Part shown: positions 14,471-26,720 of the stretch, in pieces
How the letters are laid out: each line of letters begins with the position of its first letter
Position numbering within the stretch: the first letter of the stretch is position 1
Assembly: GCF_009834535.1 (NCBI RefSeq)
Contig: NC_045705.1
Location: forward strand, 55,614,001 to 55,678,000
Direction of reading: 5' to 3'
DNA from: Camelus ferus
Lineage: Eukaryota
Length of the DNA stretch: 64,000 nt
Made by a program: the position numbers and the translations under genes
Notes under the pieces: generated by a model
Seen by the model: the letters and a program-made list of their open reading frames with translations, nothing else
Databases searched by the model: none
What the model was told of the DNA's origin: nothing

Positions 14471-15957
14471 AGTCCTTCAGGAGAAAAGAAAAGGTGCACA
14501 AATGCATTGTAGAGCTTATGAATGAAGATCCTGGAGCCTTACTCTGAAAGGCAGTGTTAAGCTATCTTGAAATGGACCTATAATCATTTTAACAGGTGCA
14601 CGGTGAGTCCGCCACTGTGTTAAGCATTTTATAAGCACTGCCCTATTTAATTTGTCAATCCTTATATAATCTTGAGAAGTAGGGAAGACATCATCACCTT
14701 TTAATAGATATTAAGTACCATATTCAAAGTCCTTTACCTGGGGAGGGCATGAGCTCGAAACCTAGGTGATCAGACAGGTGGGCACACACGAGGCCACACA
14801 CCCACAGGCATATAGCTCACCTGTAAGTGCATAAGACAAACTCTGAGGTAGTGTTAACTCACAGGCATGGGCAGGGTTAATATAATCTTCTTTATACTCT
14901 TCCCTTGAGAGTGAGAAGAGAGGGTGTTAAGGTCCCTCAGGCCCTAACTATTTACCTCTTCCTTACATTGAACAATGGACAGAAAAAAATAAATAAATGA
15001 GCAGGGACTAAACCTTTGAGTCTTTTCCTTTCCCCTCCACTTATTTCTTTGGTTAGTGTGTCCCCGTCTCTTACAGATTTTCTGTGTGACTATCAGCACA
15101 ATCTTTCTTCTTTCTGTTTGACCCAAGCCCCAAGACTAGGTGAGTGCTGGCTTTTTGGCGGGGTTTGTTTGGGACTAGGATTTGGAGACAGAGTGAATGA
15201 AAAGCTCAGGGCTCCATTTTCTAGGGCATGGACTGAGCACTGTAACTTTCTGTCCCAAGCAACTCCCATTTATAAGCTGAAGTCATGGTCTCCTGTACTT
15301 GGATACATGCTCCATCAAATGAATGCCAATGATTGGAACAGATGATCATGTAAGGAAGGGGCTGGACTGTGGACCACCGTCTGAACTCTGGACTGTGTTC
15401 CCAGAACCCGGAACATATGAATGATGAGACACTGTTGAGGAATGTTTAAGTTGCTATAAAAAAATATGATTTTACTTATCAATAAGGGAAGGTCCGAAAG
15501 AAAAGAGTGCCTGATTTCTCTTTGGCAAAATCGGAAGAGTGGAGAAACTGAGCACTGGCCTGGGAGATGGCAGGTATGGTGGTCTGGGCCTAAGAATGTG
15601 ATAAAAGTGAGGGGAGGGAGAAGGTTGGACCTGAGTTTTGGCCTTGTCAGGTTAAGGATCTGAGGCATGTGGCCATCACAAACTCTTCCCTAGTGCTGAT
15701 CCTGGGAGTCCCTGGCCTTGTGATGTGGTTGGTTATTTATAAATTTTAAATCACTTTCTATGTAGATGCATTACTGGAGAAGGAAGAAAATTGAAGAACC
15801 TAGCCTTTTTTTGTGCATGATGTTATTTAATCATAACTTGGACAACTGAGTCACAAACATCCTTGTCCAGCAAACAACAGGAGTCTACAGCTGCCCCCTT
15901 TCCTTCTCTTCTAGCCTCGAGGGAACAGCTCACCTTTGTTCCCACTTGGAAAATGAA

Positions 15958-16310
15958 TCTTTTTTTTTCTTTTTCTTAATACAATTTTTAAAGGTTACAC
16001 TCCATTTGCAGTTATTACAAAATACTGGCTATATTCCCCGTGTTGTACACCACATCCTTGTAGCCTGTCACACCCTATAGCTTGTACCTCCCACCCCCCA
16101 CCCCCCATGTGTCCACTGGTAACCACTAGTTTGTTCTCTGTATCTGTGAGTCTGCTTCTTTTTTTATACTGACTAGTTTGTTGTATTTTTTTTTTTAGAT
16201 TCCCCATATTAGTGATATCATACAGCATTTGTCTTTCTCTGTCTGACTTATTTCATTTAGCATAATGCCCTCCAAGTCCATCCCTGTTGGAGCAAATGGT
16301 AAAATTTCAC
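15958..16310 (-). mobile_element. L1 3' end (5'-truncated)
   Basis: T-rich tail then ggctatattccccgtgttgtac...ggtaaccactagtttgttctctgtatctgtgagtc...tgtctgacttatttcatttagcataatgccctccaagtccatcc, a typical laurasiatherian L1 3' UTR. Confidence 0.9.
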
Positions 16311-17469
16311 GAATCTAGTCTTTAAAAGATTAACTCCCAGAGTAAAGGTTTTGGGAATTTACAAAGAAAATGGCAGTGTCAAAATTCAGGCATGAAATCT
16401 TTTGTTTATATTTTCCTTGGTGTGTGTGCTTGTGAGGCTATGGTATGTGCATGTGGGTATGTGTGCACATGCATGTGTGCACATGTGTATATCTGCGTAA
16501 GACAGAGGTGGGGGAAGGGAGTTTGCCTTGTGTAAGATTATGTGTGGGTTAATAAATTATGGTAAAATGCATGTGAGAATGTAAGTATAGGTCAAGGTAT
16601 GCTTGAGATTTTAAGTACTACTAAGTATGTTTGTATATCTAAGAGAGTATATGTCTTGGAGTTTATGTGTCTATCTAATAGAATATGTATTTAAAAAGAA
16701 AAAAATTCTTCTTTTGTACGGAAGTCTTGACCAATAATGTTATTAAATTCAAAATATTAAGATATTATGCAGCTGTATAGTGTTAGGGTGGCAGAAAACA
16801 GTGTTTTTGTAGGAGCAAGGGCTCATGAAGCTCAACTGTAAAGTACTTTAAAATTTAAATTTAAGTTACACCTGTTTTTCAGCATAGTGTAGGAACTTAG
16901 GTAGTGTTTGCTGAACTGAATTTTTGGATGACAGTAAAGTGGTATTGACTTCACATATCTAAAAGCCACAGTTATCAGGTGGCCTTGAAAAGAATGAGTA
17001 ATTGTCTTGGGGCAGAGATTGATAATCCACAGTGACAGATCTTAACTAATAATGTATGTAACATCATATAAACTATAATCCACCAACCTATGGGAAAGTA
17101 CACCCTGTCATTTGTTAGCTTGTATCAAGCGTATACAGTATAATGAAAAAAGTGATTATAGCCAATATGGGAAGCTGCCTGGAAAAGTTGTGTAAATCAA
17201 CAGAGGTGGCCAAAAGAAAGAAGATGTTCTCGATAGAATGACCATACATCCCAATACATCTGAGACAATCTGGTTTATGCGTGTTACCCACCATTGTTCT
17301 AACACCAACCTTTTATCACTTCAAAGGTGCCCTACTTTGAATGATAAATTAGCTGATCACCTTACCTTTAGGAGTCAGTAATGATGAGTGGTTGGAAGTG
17401 AGAGTGACTCTGACTGTCCTTTATCACCCACTGTCCTCAGGAGCTGGGACGTGTGTCACCTTGTCTGCC

Positions 17470-18411
17470 ATGGTCATTTTCAACCTAAGCAGTTACAACC
17501 CAGGACCCTTCATTCTGGTGGGGATCCCAGGCCTGGAGCAAGCCCATGTGTGGATTGGGATTCCCTTCTGTATCATCTATATTGTGGCTGTTATGGGAAA
17601 CTGCATCCTTCTCTACCTCATCATGGTGGAGCATAGCCTTCACGAACCCATGTTCTTCTTTCTTTCCATACTGGCCATGACTGACCTCATCACAGCAGGA
17701 GTTCCTTAAACACTTAGTATCTTTTGGCTTGGGGCTCGAGAAATCACATTGTCAGGGTGTCTTACACAAATGTTCTTCCTCCACTATAGCTTTGTCCTGG
17801 ACTCAGCGATCCTGATGGCCATGGCATTTGACCGCTATGTGGCCATCTGTTCTCCCTTGAGATACACCACTATCTTGACCCCCAAGACCATCATCAAGAT
17901 TGCTGTGGGCATCTCTTTTCGAAGCCTCTGCATCATCCTGCCAGATGTATTCTTGCTCACACGCTTGCCTTTCTGCAGAACACGCATCATACCCCACACG
18001 TACTGTGAACTTATCGGAGTTGCCCGGCTGGCCTGTGCTGATATCTCCATCAACATCTGGTATGGCTTTTGTGTTCCCATCATGACGGTCATCTCAGATG
18101 TGATCCTCATTGCTGTTTCTTATATGCTCGTCCTCTGTGCTGTCTTTCGCCTCCCCTCCCAAGAAGCCCACCAGAAGGCCCTGGGCACCTGTGGGTCCCA
18201 TGTCTGTGTCATCCTCATGTTTTATACACCTGCCTTCTTCTCCATTCTTGCCCATCGCTTTGGACACAATGTCTCCCTCACCTTCCACATCATGTTTGCC
18301 AACCTTTACATTGTCATCCCACCCACACTCAACCCCATTGTTTATGGAGTAAAGACCAAGCAGATCAGAGATAAGGTCATCATACTGTTTTCTACCAAAG
18401 GTAGAGAATGA
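17470..18411 (+). pseudogene. OR52H1: Olfactory receptor OR52H1 ortholog, disrupted
   Basis: Near-identical to recalled human OR52H1 (FNLSSYNPGPFILVGIPGLEQ...RTRIIPHTYCE...QIRDKVI). AAA>TAA at 17707-17709; 6-bp deletion just before it (TDLI--TAGVP); HTYCEH>HTYCEL. Splice acceptor ctgtcctcag ends at 17440. Confidence 0.9.
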
Positions 18412-18888
18412 TGTTCCACTGCCCAATGGAAAAGCTAAGATAAGTTTATAATATCTATTAATGTATCCAGAATTTAAAAAAAAAAGCAAATGGTATTTAA
18501 AGTAAGAACTGTCTACAAGTGATTTTGTGTACCAAGAAGGTGACACAATCTATATGAAAGAAATAGTTGTATGTATAAAAAAATCCTGGACTACCTGCTT
18601 GCTTGTGGAACATGAAGTTGCACAGGATACGCTCAGAAAGAAGGAGGGGAAGACAAAGAGCTAAATTACTCCATATAGAAAAAGCAGTAAGAATGTGGAA
18701 ATTGAGATTCGCACTTACGGAAAAAGGAAAATGTGTTAAATGGGACAGAGACACTGAAGAAGAGAGACTAAAACTGAAACTATTAAGAAGAAAGTTTTCA
18801 TTTAGGGGATTAGTTGATGGATTTAGGGCGTTTATGATAATATCAGTTCTAATTATTGTCCATGTTATGTTTCTGTAGTTCCCTTTAA

Positions 18889-19032
18889 TTTTTTCTATTT
18901 TTAAAGAAAGAAATGGAAAATTTCATTTGAGCCAAATTTGAGGATGATAAGCCAGGAAGAGCATCTCAGAAAGTTCTGAGAACTGTTCCTCTAGTTAGAA
19001 ATCAAGGCACAGTTTTGTAAGTTTTTTGAGAC
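18889..19032 (-). mobile_element. Retroposed ERV-LTR-like fragment with 16-bp target-site duplication
   Basis: Direct repeat ctgtagttccctttaa at 18873-18888 and 19033-19048; A-rich tail on the - strand; interior gagcatctcagaaagttctgagaactgttc resembles an ERV1 LTR. Confidence 0.65.
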
Positions 19033-22000
19033 CTGTAGTTCCCTTTAAATGTCACCCCCCACCCCACCCCCAAAAACCTTTCAGTACAAGTCTGTTATAA
19101 GCAGTAAGTTCTATCAGCAGTGCTATAATGGGAGCGGGAGAATATAGTTAAGAATGCCAGAATTGTTGGCACCTATGCTGGGAGGAGAGAGTAGCTTCCA
19201 GGCTCCAAGACATATTGAGAAAGTGAGCTTCAGAGACGGTGCCCAGGAGAGCATGACCCAAAGTAGTTGGAGATTGAGAAGAGGGCTGGACTGCCCACAA
19301 TACATAGATGAGACCTCAAGCCAGTTTGTTTGGACACTAAAGAAAAAAAAAATGGCCAGAGGACTTGTGGAGTTCTTATCTACAGAGTGCATTTCCTTGA
19401 TTAAAAGAGAAAATCAATTACAAAATACATTTCTGCAGTGAGGAGTGTGATGGGAAGGAGAAAACTACAGTAAAGCAATACATTCAACGTAAGATGCATT
19501 CAAATTCCATAAGCATTAGCGTGGAGAAAATATGTTGTAATCAAAGAGATATCAAGAGTTCTTCCAATTTTTTTTTGAAAATTATCTATTCATCTGGAAA
19601 TTGTTTATTGAGTATATACTATATTCCAAATTTTGTTCTAAGCATTCAGGATATGAAGATCAATAACAGGGAGAGACTCTGCCCTGCTTCTACGGAGCTT
19701 ATATTCCAGGGAGTGTGACAAAGAAGAAGCAAGAAAACAAATGTTTGTTACTTTCAAATAGTAATACAGTCAATAGAAAAATGAAGCCTAACAAAGTGAT
19801 GGATGAGGAAGACAACGGCAGGAGGACAGTAAGTACAAAGGCAGTGTGGCTGGAGCAGAGGGAGGTGGGATAGGAGTGAGGGATGAGGAGGGGCAGGGCC
19901 AGACCCCGGGGGTCAGGAATCATCCAGACCTCATTCTTGGAAGAGGAAATAAAGTGAAACTGAGTTTTCCAAAGCACATAGCCAAGAGTTACAAATGTGG
20001 AGCTAGAGTAGAATCTGCTGCCCTCCAATTCGGTGATATTCCCACTGAACACAGCCTCTCTTCTCTGAAAACAGACTCCAGAGGATCCGGGGCTGTCAGA
20101 GCCTGTCTTTATCGTCCTTGTGAACCCCACTAGTCATCAGTCAAACCACTGACTAAATGAGGACTCAGCTTTCTGTGTCAGCTTGCCAAAAATGCTGTAT
20201 CAGAAGAGGTTATCTTTTAAACTCTTCTTGTCATTTCCATTTTGCTGAGTACATGGATTGGCCAAGAGCTGATATTTTAAAAGTTTGCTGAAAGAATAAT
20301 AAATAAATAGAGTCTGAGCTGAGATCATTTAAAAGTACATACTCGTTTCATCCTGTTAGGAACTCAAACCCATGGTTATTCACTGACACGCACGAATGGC
20401 TCCCATGGAGGCTTAATGACCTAGAAAAACCAACAAAGGAAGGGACTGTCTCCTGCACGGTCTCCATTTTCTTCTCCCATCCTCTGTCTTTGGGCCAGTT
20501 ATCTGTTATTATTTTTCTACCCTTCTCGGCAGAGTTCCTTTATTACTGTGGCTTAATGGTGACTCTGCTGGTAGGTAATTCTATATCTTAGTTTTTAATA
20601 TGCGATATTCTTGATAAATTTCAGTACTAGTTTTAAAAGCAAAATGGAGATGAATGTGCATCACAGGCTGTAAAACACTGTTCTAATATTAGCTGTTATG
20701 TTAGGATTTTCACCAATTTTCACTGATATTCTAATCTCAGACTCATCATGTTCAAAGTAGAGATCATCATTGTCGTTTAAAATCCTCCCACACTTTTTCT
20801 GTTTATGGGAGGAGAAAACAAGTTAAGCCCGGTTTTGCTCTTCCCTCAAGTGTAAATTTACTGCCCTAGCTGCCGATGCCTCCTTCTGGCGAGACTGGTT
20901 GCAAATATTCTGTTCCATTGTCAAATCATGAATTAAATCACACATTCTGGTTTGGATTAAAGAGGATTATTATACAAAAATCAGCAGTTAACTTGCTCAC
21001 ACATAAATGGTCTTGCCCTACATCTGTTCCTTTCTGCAAATTCCCATCTCTCATGTTAGATATTAGATACTAAGACATTCTCAACAGGGGAATTGACTTA
21101 TTATCTTCCTAAACTCAGAACTTAGAACTTTATTCTACAAATAGTAGGGCTCCATAAATGTGTCCGAAACACCCTCTTTTCAAGATGTCCCATATATACC
21201 ATTCTTTAGGTCTTTGTGATTCCATTTTTGTTGCCTCTTAGATTTTTAGCCCTACTCACTCCACCATTCCACTTTCTGCAATCTTAGCCAGACCATGTGC
21301 CTAGACCCGGTATTGTTTATATGCTCTGTCATATGCCAATGGCAATTTCATGTAGTTACTGTATTCAGAAGAATAATGTAGGGCTTACCAAAGATGAGTT
21401 GTAGAATAGATTTACAGCATCTGCCTTGGAAGAAAGGGGGCAGTTGGAGGTTTCACGCCTTGTATCCGCTATTTTGAACTTAATATTACTAAATAAATTT
21501 ACAAAAGATTTATGTCATAATTTCAGTCCAATAGCACCCACGAAGTACCTGTTATTTGAAAGAAAATGCATACAAACTGGGAGTAGAGACAGAGCCAGTA
21601 CACCTGCTGCTTACGACCAAGAAGCTTGTAGCTTAGCAAAAGGGTAAATTACAGAAGTAGGTAATTTACTCAGGCAGTTTTATGTATTGCAATGATTGAG
21701 GTAGGATGTTAGGGAAGCACAAAGGAAGGATGCCCAACCATTCCTTGGAGTCCAAGAAAGCTTCCTGGAAGTGTTCATTTCAGAGATTGTCTTGAAGAAC
21801 ACGAAGTTGAGCCTCAAGAACAAGGGGAATGGGACCTGCCGGAGGGAGGGTATCGCTTAAGCCTAGGTGGGAAACCATGCATTTCAAAAATCTGAAAGCT
21901 TAGGTTAATGGAGGAGCCATCCATGGTGATGATACGTTGCTTAGGGGCTGCAGGTGTTGGGCAGTGACAAATATGGGTGCTCATTAGCCAGCCTGCAGTG

Positions 22001-22379
22001 GATGCAGGCAACTGAATGGAATATCAGTGGATGAGGTTTGTAAACAGTCCTGTAGCTTGATGCTATGATTTACATTTGAAAGTTAATAATTACTCACACA
22101 TTCTCTACTTCCTTTTGCAACCTAATTGTGAGATAAGTAGAAGAGTCAGACAGTGGATATAGAAGTATGAACTTTATTTCTGGTAGTATTGGATTCGAGA
22201 ATATGATATGACTATATATTCAGATTGACTTTTACTGTTTTATTTCTAAGTCTGAACTTGGGAGGACACACCCTAGAGTGAGTTGGAATCCACAGAACAG
22301 TAATACCAGCTCATTCAGCAGCAGAAGGAAATCACCGAATCACAAATGTAGATTACATATATGTGGACGTGTGTAAAGA

Positions 22380-24060
22380 ACGGTCTCTAGATCAGGTCTT
22401 CTCGAACTATTGATGAGGAACATAACAATTTTAACAATTTTAATGTCTAAAAACTGTAGATTAATACTTCTGTAAAGTACAAAAAATAAATTAGTAGAAA
22501 AAATAAAACTAAAAAATAAATGTCGAATACACAAGTCTTGCTTCTATTATTATATGCAAAAGACATAAAACATATTACAGTAACTATAACCAAAATAAAC
22601 ACAGGTGAAAAATAAAGGACTTACAGAAATCATACACACTTTTTTTGAGAGTATGCGTACAGGTGGTTAATGTAGAGAACATGCATTGCATCATGAGAGT
22701 TTGTCATTCTGCGATTAAAATTAAACAAAAGTTATAGTGAAAAGTGAAAGCCTTAAATACCTTTTGAAGCAACACCATGTGTATCAATACTTCACATTTT
22801 AAGGTATCAAATGAGCGCACATTGTTCTTGTTAATTTGTCTAACATAGGTTGGATTGATGACAGTGTTGCTTGTAGGCGATAATTCACGTCTAAACCAAA
22901 TTTGGTGTTTTGTTTATTTTTTTTCTAATGTGAAGAGTAAGGAAATCTATCTGACAAAGGTCTACTGAATAAAATGGAACAAGTGATTGTAAAGAAATTT
23001 AATCATTATAAGAACATTTTATATTTTATTCAAAATTATGCAAGCGATGCTGTATTTTCATTATTTTATCTTCAGAGCTCACTAGTAGCCAGTTTCAACA
23101 ATTTATTTTATGCTTTATAGTTAAATTCATATGACCTTTCAATAAAAGAAATTCTGAATCCTATGTGTGGATTTTGTTTTGTTGAAAAATAAAATTTGAA
23201 CATTCTATTAAATTTATAAGGTGTTCGGTGATAACTTTTGTAGATGGGCTACATGCAGCTCAATTTATTTACTGAAAATTATCGTTATTTTATGGAATGT
23301 GTCATAACATTCTGCAGAAAGACTGATCTTCCAAATTTCTAGCTTCTGTATTTGCCTCTAAAACTTATCCAATATTGAAAAATACTGTTGCATCAAAGTA
23401 TTAAGAATATTAGACTAACAAAGATCATCAAATAAGAAAATCTGTCTGTCCAATTTACATTCTTAAGAAGTGGAGCCAAGAAGGTTTCTTATTTTGCAGA
23501 AATACTGAAAGTTCATTCCATGGTTCAAACATCCCCATAGAACTTTTAGCCACAATAACCATCATTCCTCATCAGGCAGAAACTCTTGTTTTTGGCCAAC
23601 TTCCATGCTATCACACAATGAAGAGAGCCATCTTGAATGTAACACTTTGAGTTTTATACAATTCCCCATTCTTACTCTAGCACAAAATCCATTATTCACT
23701 TGAGCTTTTATTTTCCACAGCAAGCCTTTAGGTTTACCTTGTGATGTAAGCTCCTTATCATGCTAGCTACTGCAGAATGATCACCGACTAACTAACCTAC
23801 CACTGTTCCATCAGAATACACTTTTACACCAAACCTAAACCCTAAACTACAGCTGTTCATATTGTATCTTTCATAGTTTCGTATACGGTCCAGATTTAGT
23901 TGGGTTTGTCAACAAGAATGTTAAAAAAAATTTCCTTCACAGCACTTTCACGTTCAAGTCATACATCAGATAATTATTGTCCCAGCAACACTTGCACATT
24001 CAAGCTGCAATTTAAAAAAATTGCCGGCTTTATTTGTCTTGTGAGTCGGACTTCCATGTC
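22380..24060 (-). mobile_element. Charlie1 (hAT) DNA transposon remnant, ZBED5-related transposase
   Basis: Minus-strand translation gives LSSIQPMLDKLT (about 22830-22865; ZBED5 LSSIQPRLDKLT), NVNWTDRFSYL (ZBED5 DVNWTARLAYL) and LHSRWLSSLCDSMEVGQKQ...*WLLWLKVL (ZBED5 LNSRLFSLLCDNMEADHKQ...RWLSRGKVL), with stops and frameshifts. Outer ends approximate. Confidence 0.8.
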
Positions 24061-24689
24061 ATTAACTAGCTTCTAAATCTGTCAGATGATGTTGTGTTGG
24101 AAGATGGGCAGGTGAGCTCACAAGAAGTAGTGAAGGAAGGATTCCTCCCCCAGAACCCCTAGGAGTAAATCGTCTCATGTGCACAGTGAGCTTGTTGTTT
24201 ATGGTCTCTGGGCCGCATCTCAATAGCTCCTTCCAGACCCTCTAGGCTAGAATGTATACACACACACTCCACAAGGAAATGGTCCAGCACAGAAGGGGGT
24301 TGTTGGACGATTCCAGAACATCAAAAAACACAATTACAATAGTATATGGATTTTTTTTGTCTTTGGTAAGTTGTGAATTTGTTCTGTTGTGGTGTAAACA
24401 CAAAATAATTTTATTCAAACTAGGGACTAAAAACAAATATAAACTGTGGGTGACATATTGTGAAGTATCTGTCATTACTACATTCTCTTAGTTACCTCTA
24501 AATGGAAGGGAATGCATTTTTGGAGGAGAGAAAATGTTATGAAGCTAATAATGCCTATTATTAGGGTCCAAGAGCTACCCTATATGGGTCCAGCAATTAT
24601 CTCAGAAAGCCAGAATTTGTTCTCAGGCCGACTCTTTCCAAGTCACACGGGCTTGAGTGATGCTGTGCTCATTGTCCTGAGCTCAAAGC

Positions 24690-24870
24690 ACTCTGCTAGG
24701 TGATTTACACACGTTACTCAATTCTTCACACCCACCTTTTGGGGAAGATACACCAATCATCACTGTACGAAGGAGAAAACTAAGGTCAGAAGAGTTCAGA
24801 GACTTGTTGAAGGCTTCACAGCAGTGGAGCCTTATTCAAAACCAAGTCTGCTCGATTCAAGAGCCCAGAC
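24690..24870 (-). mobile_element. MIR SINE
   Basis: gaaggagaaaactaaggtcagaagagttcagagacttgttgaaggcttcacagc...attcaaaaccaagtctgctcgattcaagagccc. Confidence 0.7.
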
Positions 24871-25805
24871 TCTTTCCACGGAGCTGCTTTGTCTCTTTAT
24901 AGGGACTAAGGCAAAAACAACGCTAAATGATATGACTGTCCCTGTTTAGATGACAACTGGGTTTGTCACTTGCGTAGAGTGTAGTGCATCTGCATCTGAG
25001 TTTGCTGTGCCCCATCCAATGGTTCTTTGGGGTCCTGTCTCCTCTCTGCTCAGTCTCTACCTTTTACCAGGTCCTGAATGTGTCCAGGAAAGTCAGCAGA
25101 GATGACCACAGATCTCTGTTAATTTCTCATTAACTATTCCAAGCTGCGACTAGCAAGTTCTCGATCCCGCCAGGGGCTCAGGGCCCATGCCCTCCTGAGG
25201 GGTTCAGAGGAGAGAGCCATAAATCCTTCGTATCCCCACCTGCTCCCTCCCAGGCTCTCCACAAGAGCATCTTTGGAGTCTCCTGGATCCTGGGTGCACT
25301 GACAGCTGAATGGACAAGCTGGAGCAGCAGGGACTGAAGCAGATAGGGGCTGGATGCCCATTCCTCGTCTTTAATCCTTCCTCTTCAGCAGAGGTGAGAG
25401 GGTCCTGTCCCATCAGCAGCAGGAATTCATCAGGGGAGATCAGTCCCATCCTAACCAGGATCTGGGGGCTCCTGAAAACGCCTCCTTCTTATCCTCTACC
25501 TGGATTTATTCCAGACTGAGCCAAACACTGAAAGTCCCATTAAAAGTGCCAATCCTTAAAGAGATGCTCCAGGAAGCCTCTCTGTCCTGATGGAAATGAG
25601 TTGTTAAAGATTTTTTTTCGGAGAACTACTCTGGGATGCAAAGGCAAGTCCCATGCAGAGGAGGACCAGTGTGGCTGTTAAGTTTGAGAACTAGGAGTAA
25701 GGCACCACCACTCCCTTGCTCTCTCTCACCATTCCTGAGCCAGAATCGTGTGAAAAGGTGGACTCTGGGGACTGAGAATATGATTAGAAGACAATGCCGC
25801 CAAAT

Positions 25806-26146
25806 GTGCTTACACACATTCAAGAAATCAATCATCTTAGTTATAAATAATAAGTAGTTCATTTGTTCTTGAACACATGTAAGCACATTTGAGTGTCCTT
25901 TATGGTTGGATTACTGCATTCTGTTGATTCTTATTTTGTGGTTGGCTTTATTCCTTTGATAACTCTGTAAGTTTAAAAAGCTAAAGCTCTAAACTGTTCT
26001 TAGAAACAATGAACAGCAAATATATGTAAATTTTTTTTAAATGTGCAGTATATTGTATTTATGTATTTACATGCAATATATTGTATATGTGCTGTCAAAT
26101 TGTAACAGTTCTACCTAATAAAACTGAAAAATGAAGGGAAAAAAAA
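25806..26146 (+). pseudogene. Processed retrocopy of an unidentified AT-rich 3' end (probably an mRNA 3' UTR)
   Basis: 18-bp target-site duplication aagacaatgcc(g/a)ccaaat at 25788-25805 and 26147-26164; AATAAA at 26117-26122; A-tail from 26139. Confidence 0.7.
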
Positions 26147-26459
26147 AAGACAATGCCACCAAATTCCCCATTTTACGTAGAAACAGTCTGGTACTCAACT
26201 TCCTTTTCTTGAGCCTATTGGCAAAGGAAGTTCTTTCTTTAGTCTCATCAGATCCAATCTGAATCTTTCAGCCTCCTTTTAGCCTTTTTTTTTTTTTTTT
26301 TGAACTCAAGACCATGCTTTCAAATAACCTGAGTTCAGTCCCCAACTCATCTTATTCTTTTTAAGATTTAATAAAGGACTTTTTATCAGCTTGTAAAACA
26401 ACCAATGCAGTAGAAAAGACCACGAAAAGAATGGCTTCCCACAGAGCTAAGAGGGCCAA

Positions 26460-26720
26460 GGATAATAACAACAGTATTATTTCAAGTGCGCTGGGCAGTT
26501 ACTGTGCTTCAGGCACTGTTGTACCCTATGCAATTGCTTTACATAGGTCCTTTTTTTTATCCTTGCACTATTCCTGTAAAGTAGGTGCATTTATTTTTAT
26601 CCCTGATTTAAAGATAAGGAAATTGAAGCATAGAGAAGTTGAGTATCTTGTCCAAAGCCACACAGCTTACGTGTGGCAGTATGAGGATTTGAAACTAGGC
26701 AACCTGGCCACAGAGCCCAC
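26460..26720 (-). mobile_element. MIR SINE
   Basis: ttaaagataaggaaattgaagcatagagaagttgagtatcttgtccaaagccacacagc...ggatttgaaactaggc. Confidence 0.85.
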
